Notes: generated by a model from the letters alone, not told the origin. Positions 26,726-36,409 are shown, numbered from the stretch's first letter. The stretch is DNA of 43,622 nt from Candidatus Omnitrophota bacterium (GCA_043797665.1 JAZDPL010000045.1:1-43622), one strand, 5' to 3'. Program-made: numbers and translations.

Positions 26726-29700
26726 TTATTTTACCTTGAATATCCTTTCGGTCTTTATTCCCGTCGCCACATCCGTAACTATAATCCTCCATTCGCCGGC
26801 GGGGTCGTTCAAGGCAAGGGAGAAAGAACCCTCTCCTTTTCCGCTCGGCAGAGAAAGGTTCCGGCCATACTCTTTGTAGGGCCGTCCGCCCGGAGCGGTT
26901 ACCTCAACATGGGCCACCTGCGGGATAAGGACGGCCGGTAACGTTGCCGCGCGGATAGAGTATTTCACTTCCATCCCGGGCGTATATTCCTTCTCAATGT
27001 TTTCTAAGGTGAGCCCGTTCACCTTGCACGGCAGCAGCGCATACAGCTTCGCCACGGCCGGCAAGATGACAGTATCAATCTTATTGACAAACCCCAGATA
27101 GTGGTTGTCGCGGACAGAATAGACGTGATATGTTCCGGGAAGTTGGACGGTGACTGCTTGCGGTGTGTGGTCTTCGTTTGCCTTCTTCAGGTACTCCCGC
27201 CCCTGAAGGATTCCCAGGTAGATAGCCGGGCCGTTCTTGAACTCAACGATTTCACAGCCGGTAAGTTCTTTGTTATTTTTCGGTGTGATGGTAACCTTTG
27301 GTTTTACTCCGGACTTACCCAGGAGCGTACTTATCTCCCCGCGATACCGACTGCCTGTTTCTCCATTTTTGACCTCACGGTACTTCCAGATAGGGTTGGC
27401 GATTTTGATAACATTTACACCGGCAAGCATATTTGTCTTGACATATTTGCAATGTTCGTCCATGACCCCGGCTTCCCCGTCGGCCAGGATAAGACCGCCT
27501 TTGGCGGCGAACGCTTTCATGGCGGCGGCTTCTTCCTGCCTGATGGCGCGGGAGTAGGGCAGGATAAGGACGCGGTAATCGGCCAGTTTTCCCTGCTGCA
27601 TCTGCTCTTTGGAAATGAAATCATACTGAAGACCAAGGTCCTCAAGGAGATTGCAGAAAGCCCGGGGAGATTCCACCCGTTCCCGGCCGCCCAGAATCGT
27701 TTCGGCGTGGAAACTGGCCGGGGAGTAATGGATGGCGATGCCGTTATTTTCGCGCCGGCACTCCAGAAGCAACTTACCGGCACCGCATTTTATTTCTCCG
27801 ATTGTCTCTACAATATTTTTTGCCCAGGGCGTAAACCTCAAATCGCAGGAGTAAAACCCGTACCATTGCGTATCCATCGCGTCCCAGTAATGAACTGAAT
27901 TCATCCCGTGAAAAAGGTCATACCAGGGTATAAACCGGTCGGTCTGGTCGCTCCGCCAGGTATCTTCGTAGTAGCCCTTAGGGTAGTCTTCAAATGGATT
28001 GGTGAAGGTTTGAAGAACCGTATTGGGTAATGCAAAAGAACGTAAGAATTCCATTTGAGGGGGATTGTACTGAAAGTAAACACCCCAATAATTTCCCTGA
28101 GGAATAACCTTGCCGAAATCATATCCGTAAAAACTATCCTCGCCGTTATTCTTGTACATCGTGGTTGAGGTGGGACTCGTAGTACCCACCCTGGCACCTG
28201 GGTCTTCTTTGCGAATGATGTCCCGGCTTTCTCTAATCAGGTTTGCGAACATATCCTCCATCGCCGTGCGAAGGTCAGTCCAGGGAGCGAAATTCCCGTG
28301 CGCCTTCGCTTCCGCCAGCGTCATACACTTTACCTGGTCCCAGAAATCAAAATTCGTGCCCCACGCTTCGTTCAATTTTCCGAGGTCTCCGTAAATGGAT
28401 TTCAAATAATTCCTGGTGTATTCCAGGCAGGTCGGCGAAAAACAGAAATCCTGCTGAGCCAGGCCAATTCCTACTTCATCTCCCAAACTATAAGCAATAA
28501 TGGGGTAATCCCGTGCCACTGATGCCTGGTCCTGCAGTACATGAAAGAAGTAGTCCCGGAATTGCTTGCTGGTAAGGCACCGGGGACGGACGGTGTCAGC
28601 CACATCATACCCCCCGCCCGAACAAGCCAACTCTCCGGAGATGACTAGAGCCGGTACAAGATTAGGTTTGACCTCGTTAGAGAGAATGCCGGCGACCTGT
28701 TCATGAGATATGAACTGGGGTTTCTGTGCATATGCGACGTCAAATCCCCGGTTATATAAATCCGTGAGCATATATCTGCTCAGAAAATCATTGTTATTGA
28801 CCAACATATTTGCCCAGAACCAGAACTGGAAATCATCCAATTTCTGGGGTATTTTATATATAACATCCGCGGTCTTTTCAGAGATAATGCCATTGCCTTC
28901 AATCAGGTCGGCTTTCACTGTGTGATAGATGGCAACCGGATTCCGGAAGGGAAGTTGGAATGTAACTTCTTTCTTGCCGGAGGCGGTAATCACCTTTTCT
29001 TCCATGATGCGGCCAAAACCGTCGCTGAATTGAATCTTTACCTTGATTGAATCAGATAATTCTTTGTTAAAACTTACTTTTCCGGTTACTGCCTCTCCCG
29101 GATTGTAGGAAAACTTATCGGTTGTGACTGCGGTGATTTCATGGTCAGATACGGTCTGGAAATAGGTACTGCCCCAGACCAGGGTCTTTCCGTCTTTCTT
29201 CAGCCAGAAGTCTGCAAAGTGAGGTCCGGATTTGAGTCGGCCGATTTGCTGGCCGAGGTCTGCGGTTTCTGCGGGAAGGCTGACCTTCTTTTCATACTTT
29301 GCTTCAACGTTTCCATCGGGATCGCGTACCACGATTTCTGCAATCGCTTCTTGAGTGATGCCACTGTTTGTTATCCTTACCTTAAGATTATTATTGAGGT
29401 CCCAGTTAATGCCGGTAATCTGGAAATCGCCTTCTTTCCGGGCTGCCCAGAGGACCAGTTTTGCCAGCAGGGATTGATAGTAGTCATAGTAAAGAGGTTT
29501 TGCGCGGTAGTCATGCGTAACGTCCGGAGTAAACGGAGAACTTTTGCCTCTAAACCACGTTTTCTCTGATTCAAAAGTACCGAATTTCTCATTCTGGTAA
29601 TCAACGATGACAACTCTTCCTTTGCCGCAGGCATAACACTTAAGCCATTGCTGACCTTTCACATCAAGGTCAAGAACGGTGAGACCTGGAAATGGTATCC

Positions 29701-31696
29701 CAATGGAAATAAATAATGGCTGTTCAAGCGGTTTTTCGGTAAACTGGTCAAGTTTGGTCTCTTTGGAAGGTCTGATGAAAACTAAACCTGTACCCTGTTT
29801 TACTTTTTCCAGCATGTTGTCCTTCAACGACTGCGGCAGCGCCTGCCAGTTGCAAGTGCCGATGAGGATGACTTCCGGGTTCCTATCAAGCAACCCCTTT
29901 AATTCAATCAGGGATGCCGTCTGTCCTCGTCCGCGGGGAGCGTAGTAGAGGGTATCCATAACCGAATAGCCGGGTGTTTCGTCTTCACTGGTGTACCGGC
30001 TCCAGGCGGTGTAGTCAATGCTTAACCTCTGGGCAAGTTCCACCACTTCCCTGTGTCTGGGTATGGCCAGGATTCTAATTGGCTGGATTGCATAAGGAAT
30101 TGCCCAGGTGATGTGGGGAGTTACGACCTCTCCGGTAAGCCGGGTGTATGGCGTTTCATCAATATTGGCGGTAAGCTGTGCGGTTGAAAGATTTATCTCC
30201 CGGAGGCTGAAATCATCCCACCACGCCTGGCCGGAAGAACGCCAGATTTCTCCCTTTATCTGGGCTTCTTCCGTATCATCCTTTGAGGTAAATTCTATTG
30301 CGTATTCCTTCCAGTCCTCTGATGTTATGGAAATCATGTGGAGGGCGGTGCGGACTCCGCCTGCCTTGTATTCATTGAGAACCAGTAACGCTGTGTCGGT
30401 TCCTTTGCTTTTCGCCCAACAGGTGAGTTTATATAATGATTTGGGTTTCATCGTAATCCGCTCTGCCCAGCCGCCGATTTCATCCTTCCCGGCAGGGATA
30501 TTAACCTGGATTGAGTGAGAACCGCTGTGGGCGTCATCGGAAACCAGGCAGGCGGCGGTATCTCCGAACCGCTGGTACTCAGAAACATCAAGCGGCAGGG
30601 GTGCCTCCGGGCTCCTCTTCCAGGGAGGCGGGATGCCGTTGTTGTCAATCTTCTCAAATCCGCCGTTGGCAATCAGTTCGGAATCGCCGGAGGTTTTTAC
30701 ATCCGCTTTCGGCGTTCCTTTAAGGTCAGGAATACGAAAATAGTCAATCTCAATGGTCCGTTGCTCTTCCGGGATGGGCCATTTGCAGTAAATCGGGTGG
30801 AAACGCATCCGGAGGACATTGCCTTTCCAGAAGGGGTTTTTGGACATGTCAATCTCATAGACGTGGAATTCGCCATCTGAGGAAGGTTGGAATGTCACTA
30901 CCATGTTGTCGTTAAAATTCGGATTCTGGTCAGTTACAAACAGAATTTGAGCACCGGAAACAAGACCCTTGCCTATCCGCATGCGGAAGACAACAATGGG
31001 CTGGTTTGCCGCATCCACTTCCATGGTGGGGGTAAACATCCAGGGCGTGCCGTTCTTGGCTACCAACTTCCAAACACCGTCAACGATTCCCTTGCTTTCA
31101 GAGCCATCCTGCCACATTTCCCAACCGTCCAGGGATTCTGCGGTGTTAAACTCCCACTGGGAAATTGTCTTTGGTAATTCGCTCTGGCTGACTATATGCA
31201 TATAAGCAATTTCTATGGCGCGCTGGTCTTCCGGGATGGGCCAGTTGACATAGAACGGATGGAAACGCAATTTTAAAACCGTACCTTTCCATAGGGGATT
31301 TTTTCCCATATCAACCTTGTAGGTGTGAAATTCACCGTCAGGTATCGGCTGGAAGGAAACGACGGTAGGGACATCCATCGCCGCCGTGTCGGTGGCAAAG
31401 ATGAAGTTGCCGCCGGGGGTAATGTCTTTGGCAATCTTCATCTGGAAAACAATGTATTGACAGGCGGCGGCATCTACCTTCAGGTCCGGGGTGTAAATCT
31501 GGGGAGCGTTACCGGTTGCAGCCAGTTTCCACACCCCATTCGAGACGCCGATGCTTTCAAGGTTAACCGGGACCCAGCCCTTGACGGCTTCCGCATTATT
31601 GAAGTCCCAACTGTTTTCCCCGGCCAACGCCTTGCAATTAAAGAATACGGATAACCATATTCCGAACACCAGCACTGACAAAACCAAACTCTTCAT
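26726..31696 (-). CDS. Large secreted multi-domain carbohydrate-active protein (duplicated N-terminal beta-sandwiches, CBM-like domain, GH42-like core)
   Basis: Signal peptide; IANGGFE CBM-like start; YSLGDE, YGDLGKLNEAWGTNF, DLGLQYDFIS/YRVLILP trimerisation-like domain; LALNDPAGEW C-terminus. Confidence 0.7.
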   Translation of the reverse strand: MKSLVLSVLVFGIWLSVFFNCKALAGENSWDFNNAEAVKGWVPVNLESIGVSNGVWKLAATGNAPQIYTPDLKVDAAACQYIVFQMKIAKDITPGGNFIFATDTAAMDVPTVVSFQPIPDGEFHTYKVDMGKNPLWKGTVLKLRFHPFYVNWPIPEDQRAIEIAYMHIVSQSELPKTISQWEFNTAESLDGWEMWQDGSESKGIVDGVWKLVAKNGTPWMFTPTMEVDAANQPIVVFRMRIGKGLVSGAQILFVTDQNPNFNDNMVVTFQPSSDGEFHVYEIDMSKNPFWKGNVLRMRFHPIYCKWPIPEEQRTIEIDYFRIPDLKGTPKADVKTSGDSELIANGGFEKIDNNGIPPPWKRSPEAPLPLDVSEYQRFGDTAACLVSDDAHSGSHSIQVNIPAGKDEIGGWAERITMKPKSLYKLTCWAKSKGTDTALLVLNEYKAGGVRTALHMISITSEDWKEYAIEFTSKDDTEEAQIKGEIWRSSGQAWWDDFSLREINLSTAQLTANIDETPYTRLTGEVVTPHITWAIPYAIQPIRILAIPRHREVVELAQRLSIDYTAWSRYTSEDETPGYSVMDTLYYAPRGRGQTASLIELKGLLDRNPEVILIGTCNWQALPQSLKDNMLEKVKQGTGLVFIRPSKETKLDQFTEKPLEQPLFISIGIPFPGLTVLDLDVKGQQWLKCYACGKGRVVIVDYQNEKFGTFESEKTWFRGKSSPFTPDVTHDYRAKPLYYDYYQSLLAKLVLWAARKEGDFQITGINWDLNNNLKVRITNSGITQEAIAEIVVRDPDGNVEAKYEKKVSLPAETADLGQQIGRLKSGPHFADFWLKKDGKTLVWGSTYFQTVSDHEITAVTTDKFSYNPGEAVTGKVSFNKELSDSIKVKIQFSDGFGRIMEEKVITASGKKEVTFQLPFRNPVAIYHTVKADLIEGNGIISEKTADVIYKIPQKLDDFQFWFWANMLVNNNDFLSRYMLTDLYNRGFDVAYAQKPQFISHEQVAGILSNEVKPNLVPALVISGELACSGGGYDVADTVRPRCLTSKQFRDYFFHVLQDQASVARDYPIIAYSLGDEVGIGLAQQDFCFSPTCLEYTRNYLKSIYGDLGKLNEAWGTNFDFWDQVKCMTLAEAKAHGNFAPWTDLRTAMEDMFANLIRESRDIIRKEDPGARVGTTSPTSTTMYKNNGEDSFYGYDFGKVIPQGNYWGVYFQYNPPQMEFLRSFALPNTVLQTFTNPFEDYPKGYYEDTWRSDQTDRFIPWYDLFHGMNSVHYWDAMDTQWYGFYSCDLRFTPWAKNIVETIGEIKCGAGKLLLECRRENNGIAIHYSPASFHAETILGGRERVESPRAFCNLLEDLGLQYDFISKEQMQQGKLADYRVLILPYSRAIRQEEAAAMKAFAAKGGLILADGEAGVMDEHCKYVKTNMLAGVNVIKIANPIWKYREVKNGETGSRYRGEISTLLGKSGVKPKVTITPKNNKELTGCEIVEFKNGPAIYLGILQGREYLKKANEDHTPQAVTVQLPGTYHVYSVRDNHYLGFVNKIDTVILPAVAKLYALLPCKVNGLTLENIEKEYTPGMEVKYSIRAATLPAVLIPQVAHVEVTAPGGRPYKEYGRNLSLPSGKGEGSFSLALNDPAGEWRIIVTDVATGIKTERIFKVK

Positions 31697-31839
31697 AACA
31701 TCCTCCGCAAGAAACCATATCCTCTATTCCCAAAGTGGAGTAGGGTAGGTGAGTAAAACCTGAAAGGTACCAAAAACCTGGTCCGTTGATTCGGAAAGTT
31801 TCGTAAAATGACAAATGCCTGCTGTTTTTTCATCTTACA

Positions 31840-33723
31840 TCACCACGGCCACCAGAACGGGTCGCTTTGCGACGTTGGAATGGATGATGCGGCGCGCCAT
31901 TCAACATGGCCGTCACAGAAAAGACAGTTTGCGCCGCCGCTGTGTCTATTATCTATTATTCCGTAACCTCCGCCATCAACATGATAGATGCGATGACTAG
32001 CTGCTCCATAAAGGTCCGCTGGCTGATCAGGGTCTATCGAATCGGCCACCAGAACTGTCTGGGTGGGGTGGCTGAACCTGGAAGTCTTTATTGTCCCACC
32101 GTAGACCAAAGCTTCAAATTCATAACTCATACCGTAAAAATAACCCCCCGGAGATTTATTTTCTACCGTGGGACACTTCCATACAGTACCTCCGGTAGTG
32201 GTATAACCTTTCTGCATATACGGGGCCAGCAAATTTATCCAGATGTAATCCGGAGCAGGCGGACTGGTTATGGGAAAAAGGTCCTCATTATCCTGGGCAT
32301 ACATATAGAAAGCGAGTCCGATCTGTTTCAGATTACTGATACATTTCGTCTGCCTGGCTTTCTCCCTTGCCTGATTTAAAGCCGGCAACAACATCGCCGC
32401 CAGAAGTGCGATGATGGCAATGACGACCAGAAGTTCTATGAGGGTAAAGCTTCGCAAAGCCTTGACTGGCATTTGTCTCCCCAATCTGACATTGGGGTCC
32501 CCGCGCTTTATCCCATAGACCACACCGGACGTTGAGTTTTCCCCAATCCGGCTTTCCCCCTGAAGTTCTTCAGTCTGCATTCGGTTACCCCCGATATATG
32601 AGTGACGGAACATAGTACAGTTCCCTTTCTGTTTAAAACCACACGATTCACGAATAATTAATTTTGGTTTAATGGAAATTCTTGTCATTGAATTATCCTT
32701 TCCTCTGATTTTATTCAAGAGAATTTTGATTGCTTGTTTACCCATTCCCTCTCCAAATAGCTCCACCGTGGTCAAAGGTGGCTGAAAGTATTCTGTAAGT
32801 TTAAAGTTTCCGGTACCTACCACCGCCATCTCCTGAGGTACCTGGCACCCTTTTTCTTTTAGGTGATTTATTACTTCAAACGCCATCAAATCACTGGCGC
32901 AGTATATGGCGGTCGGAAAGGCGGATTTCCACCCCTTTTTTTTAAGATTATACAATGATTGGCAAACCATTTTCCAATCTGAGTAAGGCCAATTAATCTG
33001 TAAGCGAGGATTAAATTCCAGTCCTGTTTCCTGAAGTGCTTTTTGGTAACCAGCCAATCTTTCTTTCTCAATAGGATATTTTTCTCCGTAACCTCCGAGA
33101 TAAAGAATATTCTGATGTCCCAACCCAATAAGGTGTTTAGTGGCGAGATAAGAAACCTGGAAGAAATCAGGGCAGATGAAACTGAAATTTTGTTCGGGCC
33201 AGAAACAATTAGCCAAAACAAAGGGGATTTTGTAGTTCTGGAGGTTAATGAGTTCGTGCTCGTTGACTTGCGAGGCGGTGATAAAAAATCCAACAAGATG
33301 TTTCTTTTTTGCCAGAGAAAGAAGATAATGGTTTTTTTGTTTTCTTCGGTTCTCGTCAAAGAATATCAGTAAAATATGGTAATTGGTATTCTTTAGGGAT
33401 AAATTTATTCCCTGAATGATACCGCTGAAGAAGGAGAACGCAAAGTTTTCTGAAGAGTGCAGTACTATGCCGATGTTGTAAGAATTGCCAAATTGTAAAG
33501 GGTTGGCAATAAAAGTTCCGCTTCCTTGAATGCGTGTAAGCAACCCTTCTTGTACTAAGGCAAATATCGATTCTCGAGCTGTTGAAGGTGAAATATCATA
33601 ATATTTAGCCAGTTCATTCTGCGAATAAAACCGTGCCCCCTGAAGGTATTTACCAGAAAGCAATTCTTTTTCAAGGAGGTTTCGTAGCTGCTCGCACTTT
33701 GTTTTTGTGATTAATGCCGGCAT
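31840..33723 (-). CDS. GntR-HTH/LacI-type regulator fused in frame to a prepilin-type N-terminal cleavage / H-X9-DG (DUF1559-like) protein
   Basis: RIQGSGTF winged HTH; PPLTTV...LIIRESCG LacI C-terminus; then [32 protein letters not shown]...C.SNLKQIG and [16 protein letters not shown]. Confidence 0.85.
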   Translation of the reverse strand: MPALITKTKCEQLRNLLEKELLSGKYLQGARFYSQNELAKYYDISPSTARESIFALVQEGLLTRIQGSGTFIANPLQFGNSYNIGIVLHSSENFAFSFFSGIIQGINLSLKNTNYHILLIFFDENRRKQKNHYLLSLAKKKHLVGFFITASQVNEHELINLQNYKIPFVLANCFWPEQNFSFICPDFFQVSYLATKHLIGLGHQNILYLGGYGEKYPIEKERLAGYQKALQETGLEFNPRLQINWPYSDWKMVCQSLYNLKKKGWKSAFPTAIYCASDLMAFEVINHLKEKGCQVPQEMAVVGTGNFKLTEYFQPPLTTVELFGEGMGKQAIKILLNKIRGKDNSMTRISIKPKLIIRESCGFKQKGNCTMFRHSYIGGNRMQTEELQGESRIGENSTSGVVYGIKRGDPNVRLGRQMPVKALRSFTLIELLVVIAIIALLAAMLLPALNQAREKARQTKCISNLKQIGLAFYMYAQDNEDLFPITSPPAPDYIWINLLAPYMQKGYTTTGGTVWKCPTVENKSPGGYFYGMSYEFEALVYGGTIKTSRFSHPTQTVLVADSIDPDQPADLYGAASHRIYHVDGGGYGIIDNRHSGGANCLFCDGHVEWRAASSIPTSQSDPFWWPW

Positions 33724-33737
33724 AAGAAGGAGGTTAC

Positions 33738-33799
33738 AAAAGTTATTTGCTTACCCAATAACTTTTAATAGATTATCACAACCCCACCGACTCTGTCAA
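33738..33799 (-). promoter_or_regulatory. Promoter with a downstream inverted repeat (candidate operator) for the fusion regulator
   Basis: Minus strand TTGACA-16bp-GATAAT (33799-33772); AAAAGTTATT-N9-AATAACTTTT at 33738-33766. Confidence 0.5.
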
Positions 33800-33865
33800 T
33801 AAAAAAAGGGCCACACCGTTTTACCGATGATGCCCCCGTTTTAAAAATTGGGAATTTTCTAGATA

Positions 33866-33917
33866 CGCAGGCTAAAGCCTGCACGGGTTCCCTTGCCCTA
33901 GGATGGGCAAGGGCTAC
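33866..33917 (-). repeat. GTAG REP family E copy with a nested 29-bp insert
   Basis: CGCAGGCTAAAGCCTGC[29 bp]GGCTAC versus the empty copy at 36471. Confidence 0.8.
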
Positions 33918-33929
33918 CAAATCTTTATT

Positions 33930-34700
33930 CTATTCAGATATGATGAACCGGACGAACCTTACCTTTCTGGAGCGCCAGTAGGAACCGGTTTCCGCTGCCA
34001 GTTCTCCGCAGGATTTTATCGTCAGCCTGTCCGCGCTGATGCCTTCTTTGCTAATGAGATAGTCTTTAACCGAGGTTGCCCTCTTTTCCGATAGACGCAG
34101 GTTATATGCTGAAGGACCTTCCGGCGAGGCATAACCTTCCAGGGTAACTTTCAGCGCCGGATTTGCTTTTAATATCCCGACGTTTTTCCGAACAGCCTCT
34201 TTAGCTTTCCGGGTCAACATAGCGCTGTCAAATTTAAAGAAAACCTCCTGAAGTTCAGACTCTTCCCGGCTCTGAATTAGAGCGGAAGCGCTTTCTTTAG
34301 AAGTTTCCGCCGCGGATATGGATTCAGATTTTTCAACTTCTTTACCCGCTGATCTGACTTCCTTTTTGATTGCGCCGATTTTACCGCGGGGTTTTTCCGA
34401 TTCGGTTCCCTTTTTGATTGCGCCGATTTTACCGGAAGGCTTTTCCGGTGACATCTTCAGATAGACATAACCCCGGTTTCCCCAGGCAGTATTTTCCTTC
34501 CCTTTGGAAGGTTTGTCAGGCCACCACCATTCTCCTCCGCGGGAGGCATCTTTTACCGGTGAAGGCTGTGCGCCTGACTTTCCCCACCAGGAGAAGTCTT
34601 TTGGTGAGGTTTTTGACTGGCACAAAGATGTTCTGGCGCATCCATTAAGTAAAAAGGAAACAATCAGAACTGTCAATATCCCGGCGCCAGTGTTTTTCAT
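33930..34700 (-). CDS. OmpA/Pal-like peptidoglycan-binding lipoprotein
   Basis: Lipobox LLNG-C; VFFKFDSA, LEGYASPEG, YNLRLSEKRATSVKDYL. Confidence 0.85.
   Translation of the reverse strand: MKNTGAGILTVLIVSFLLNGCARTSLCQSKTSPKDFSWWGKSGAQPSPVKDASRGGEWWWPDKPSKGKENTAWGNRGYVYLKMSPEKPSGKIGAIKKGTESEKPRGKIGAIKKEVRSAGKEVEKSESISAAETSKESASALIQSREESELQEVFFKFDSAMLTRKAKEAVRKNVGILKANPALKVTLEGYASPEGPSAYNLRLSEKRATSVKDYLISKEGISADRLTIKSCGELAAETGSYWRSRKVRFVRFIISE
34361..34447. repeat. 48-bp period direct duplication in the OmpA linker
   Basis: CCTTTTTGATTGCGCCGATTTTACCG at 34361 and 34409; EKPxGKIGAIKK twice. Confidence 0.85.
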
Positions 34701-34863
34701 TTCAGTTTTTCACCTCTTTCCAAATGAACGCTGTCAGACTTTAGCATATCTATGCTGTTAGTGTCAATAATAATAGGCAAAAGAGAATTCGGCAAGTTGA
34801 CAGGGAGGGAAGGTAAGGAGTAGGATATTCGTTTGTAGAGAATTAAGGATTTTTTAGGAAAGA

Positions 34864-35754
34864 ATGGCGGGGCAGGACAAGAAGATACCGGTAATTCTGG
34901 ATACGGATATCGGAGGCGATATCGACGATACCTGGGCGCTTGCTCTGTTGCTTAAGTCTCCGGAACTGGACCTGAAATTGGTGGTGACCGAAACCGGAAA
35001 TACGACCTACCGGGCAAAGATTGTTGCCAAAATGCTCCAGCTCGCAAACCGTACCGATGTACCGGTTGGTATCGGTATCCATTTAAAGAAAGAAACCGGC
35101 CCCCAGGCTCCCTGGGTGGAAGGGTACGGTCTTTCGGCCTATCCGGGAACGGTCTATCCGGATGGCGTTACCGCTTTGATTGACACGATTATGAGTTCTC
35201 CGGAGCCGATTACCTTAATCGCCATCGGGCCGGTTCCCAACCTGCGTGTAGCTTTAGAACAGGAGCCACGGATTGCGGAGAAAGTTCGGTTCGTAGGCAT
35301 GCACGGAAGTCTCCGTAAGGGACATAACGGAAGCGAGGGGGTCTCCGCTGAATATAATGTTAAAGCATATCCTGAAGATTGCCGGAAGGTTTTTACCGCT
35401 GCCTGGGATATGACCATAACACCTCTTGATACCTGCGGGCTGGTAAAACTCAGGGGTGACAAGTATGTTAAAGTCAGAGACTCTCAGGACATAATTACCC
35501 GGGCGGTAATGGAGAATTACCGAATCTGGGCAGAAGATAAAACGGTAACCGGAAGGGAAAGTTCCATCCTTTTCGACACAGTTGCGGTCTACCTTGCTTT
35601 TTCCGAAGAATTACTGGTGATGGAAAAGTTAGGTGTACGGATTACCGATGATGGGTATACCCTTATTGACGATAAGGCAAAGATAATCAACTGCGCTGCC
35701 GGATGGAAAAACATTTCTGCTTTTGAAAATCTTCTCGTGGAACGGTTGGGGTAG
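34864..35754 (+). CDS. Inosine/uridine-preferring nucleoside hydrolase family protein
   Basis: DTDIGGDIDD, IGPVPNL, AEYNV, PLDT, LFDTVAV. Confidence 0.88.
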   Translation: MAGQDKKIPVILDTDIGGDIDDTWALALLLKSPELDLKLVVTETGNTTYRAKIVAKMLQLANRTDVPVGIGIHLKKETGPQAPWVEGYGLSAYPGTVYPDGVTALIDTIMSSPEPITLIAIGPVPNLRVALEQEPRIAEKVRFVGMHGSLRKGHNGSEGVSAEYNVKAYPEDCRKVFTAAWDMTITPLDTCGLVKLRGDKYVKVRDSQDIITRAVMENYRIWAEDKTVTGRESSILFDTVAVYLAFSEELLVMEKLGVRITDDGYTLIDDKAKIINCAAGWKNISAFENLLVERLG

Positions 35755-36183
35755 TTCTATTCCAGATAAATAGAATAAAATATAAAGATGCTGAGCGAAA
35801 TCAAGGATATTCGCTCCCTGAGAAAAGGACTCCGTTTTTTACGCCGGGAGTGGCAAGACGAACTCAAAAATTTCCGGGGTACAAGCAGTGATTTAGCCCT
35901 GGCTTTTTCAGCCGGGCTTTCCATAAAAGTTTTTTAGCCGCCTTTATCGGTAGTTCCACGGTTACCGGAATTCCCTGGCTCATCCCTACCGGTTCTTTTT
36001 CTTCCTGCATGTGGTCATTCTTCTTTCCTTTCTTTTTTTCGGCACTATGGAAGTATTCTATTTCTCCGGTGGGAACCTCGCCCTCAAATAGCATAATTAA
36101 TTATCATAAACAACTTATGTTATAATAAGGCGTATGATAGATAGGAAAAGGAAGGTTCTTCCAATACTCCTCCTCTCCCTCCT

Positions 36184-36232
36184 GTAGGGGTCGGATTTAT
36201 CCGACCCGCGGGCTTGATGAATCAAGCCCTAC
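36184..36232 (+). repeat. REP-like family A copy
   Basis: GTAGGGGTCGGATTTATCCGACCCGCGGGCTTGATGAATCAAGCCCTAC. Confidence 0.9.
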
Positions 36233-36238
36233 ACTTTA

Positions 36239-36345
36239 GCCCGGCGTAAGCAGGGCCTGTCCGCCGTAGCCCGCCTGCGCTAAAGTTTACTCGCCGAAAC
36301 TTCAGTGTAGGCGAACTCCGACGGGTAAACCTTGGGCGTAGGCGG
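36239..36345. repeat. Cluster of nested GC-rich micro-hairpins
   Basis: CCTGTCCGCCGTAGC...CTTGGGCGTAGGCGG enclosing CCGCCTGCGCTAAAG... and TCGCCGAAACTTCAGTGTAGGCGA. Confidence 0.55.
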
Positions 36346-36409
36346 GCCGCGCTAATTTTTTAATAAGGGGCGAATTTTTTAGGAGAGTTCCAGATAGTTT
36401 TGTTTATAA

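Noticed and set aside
27101..27898. 265-aa plus-strand ORF and the many other antisense ORFs
   Set aside because: They lie wholly opposite well-supported genes and show no recognisable motifs, so they are treated as shadow ORFs
35864..36094. 76-aa minus-strand ORF in the gap after the nucleoside hydrolase
   Set aside because: No recognisable motif or clear RBS; it may be a small gene or remnant but cannot be supported from sequence alone
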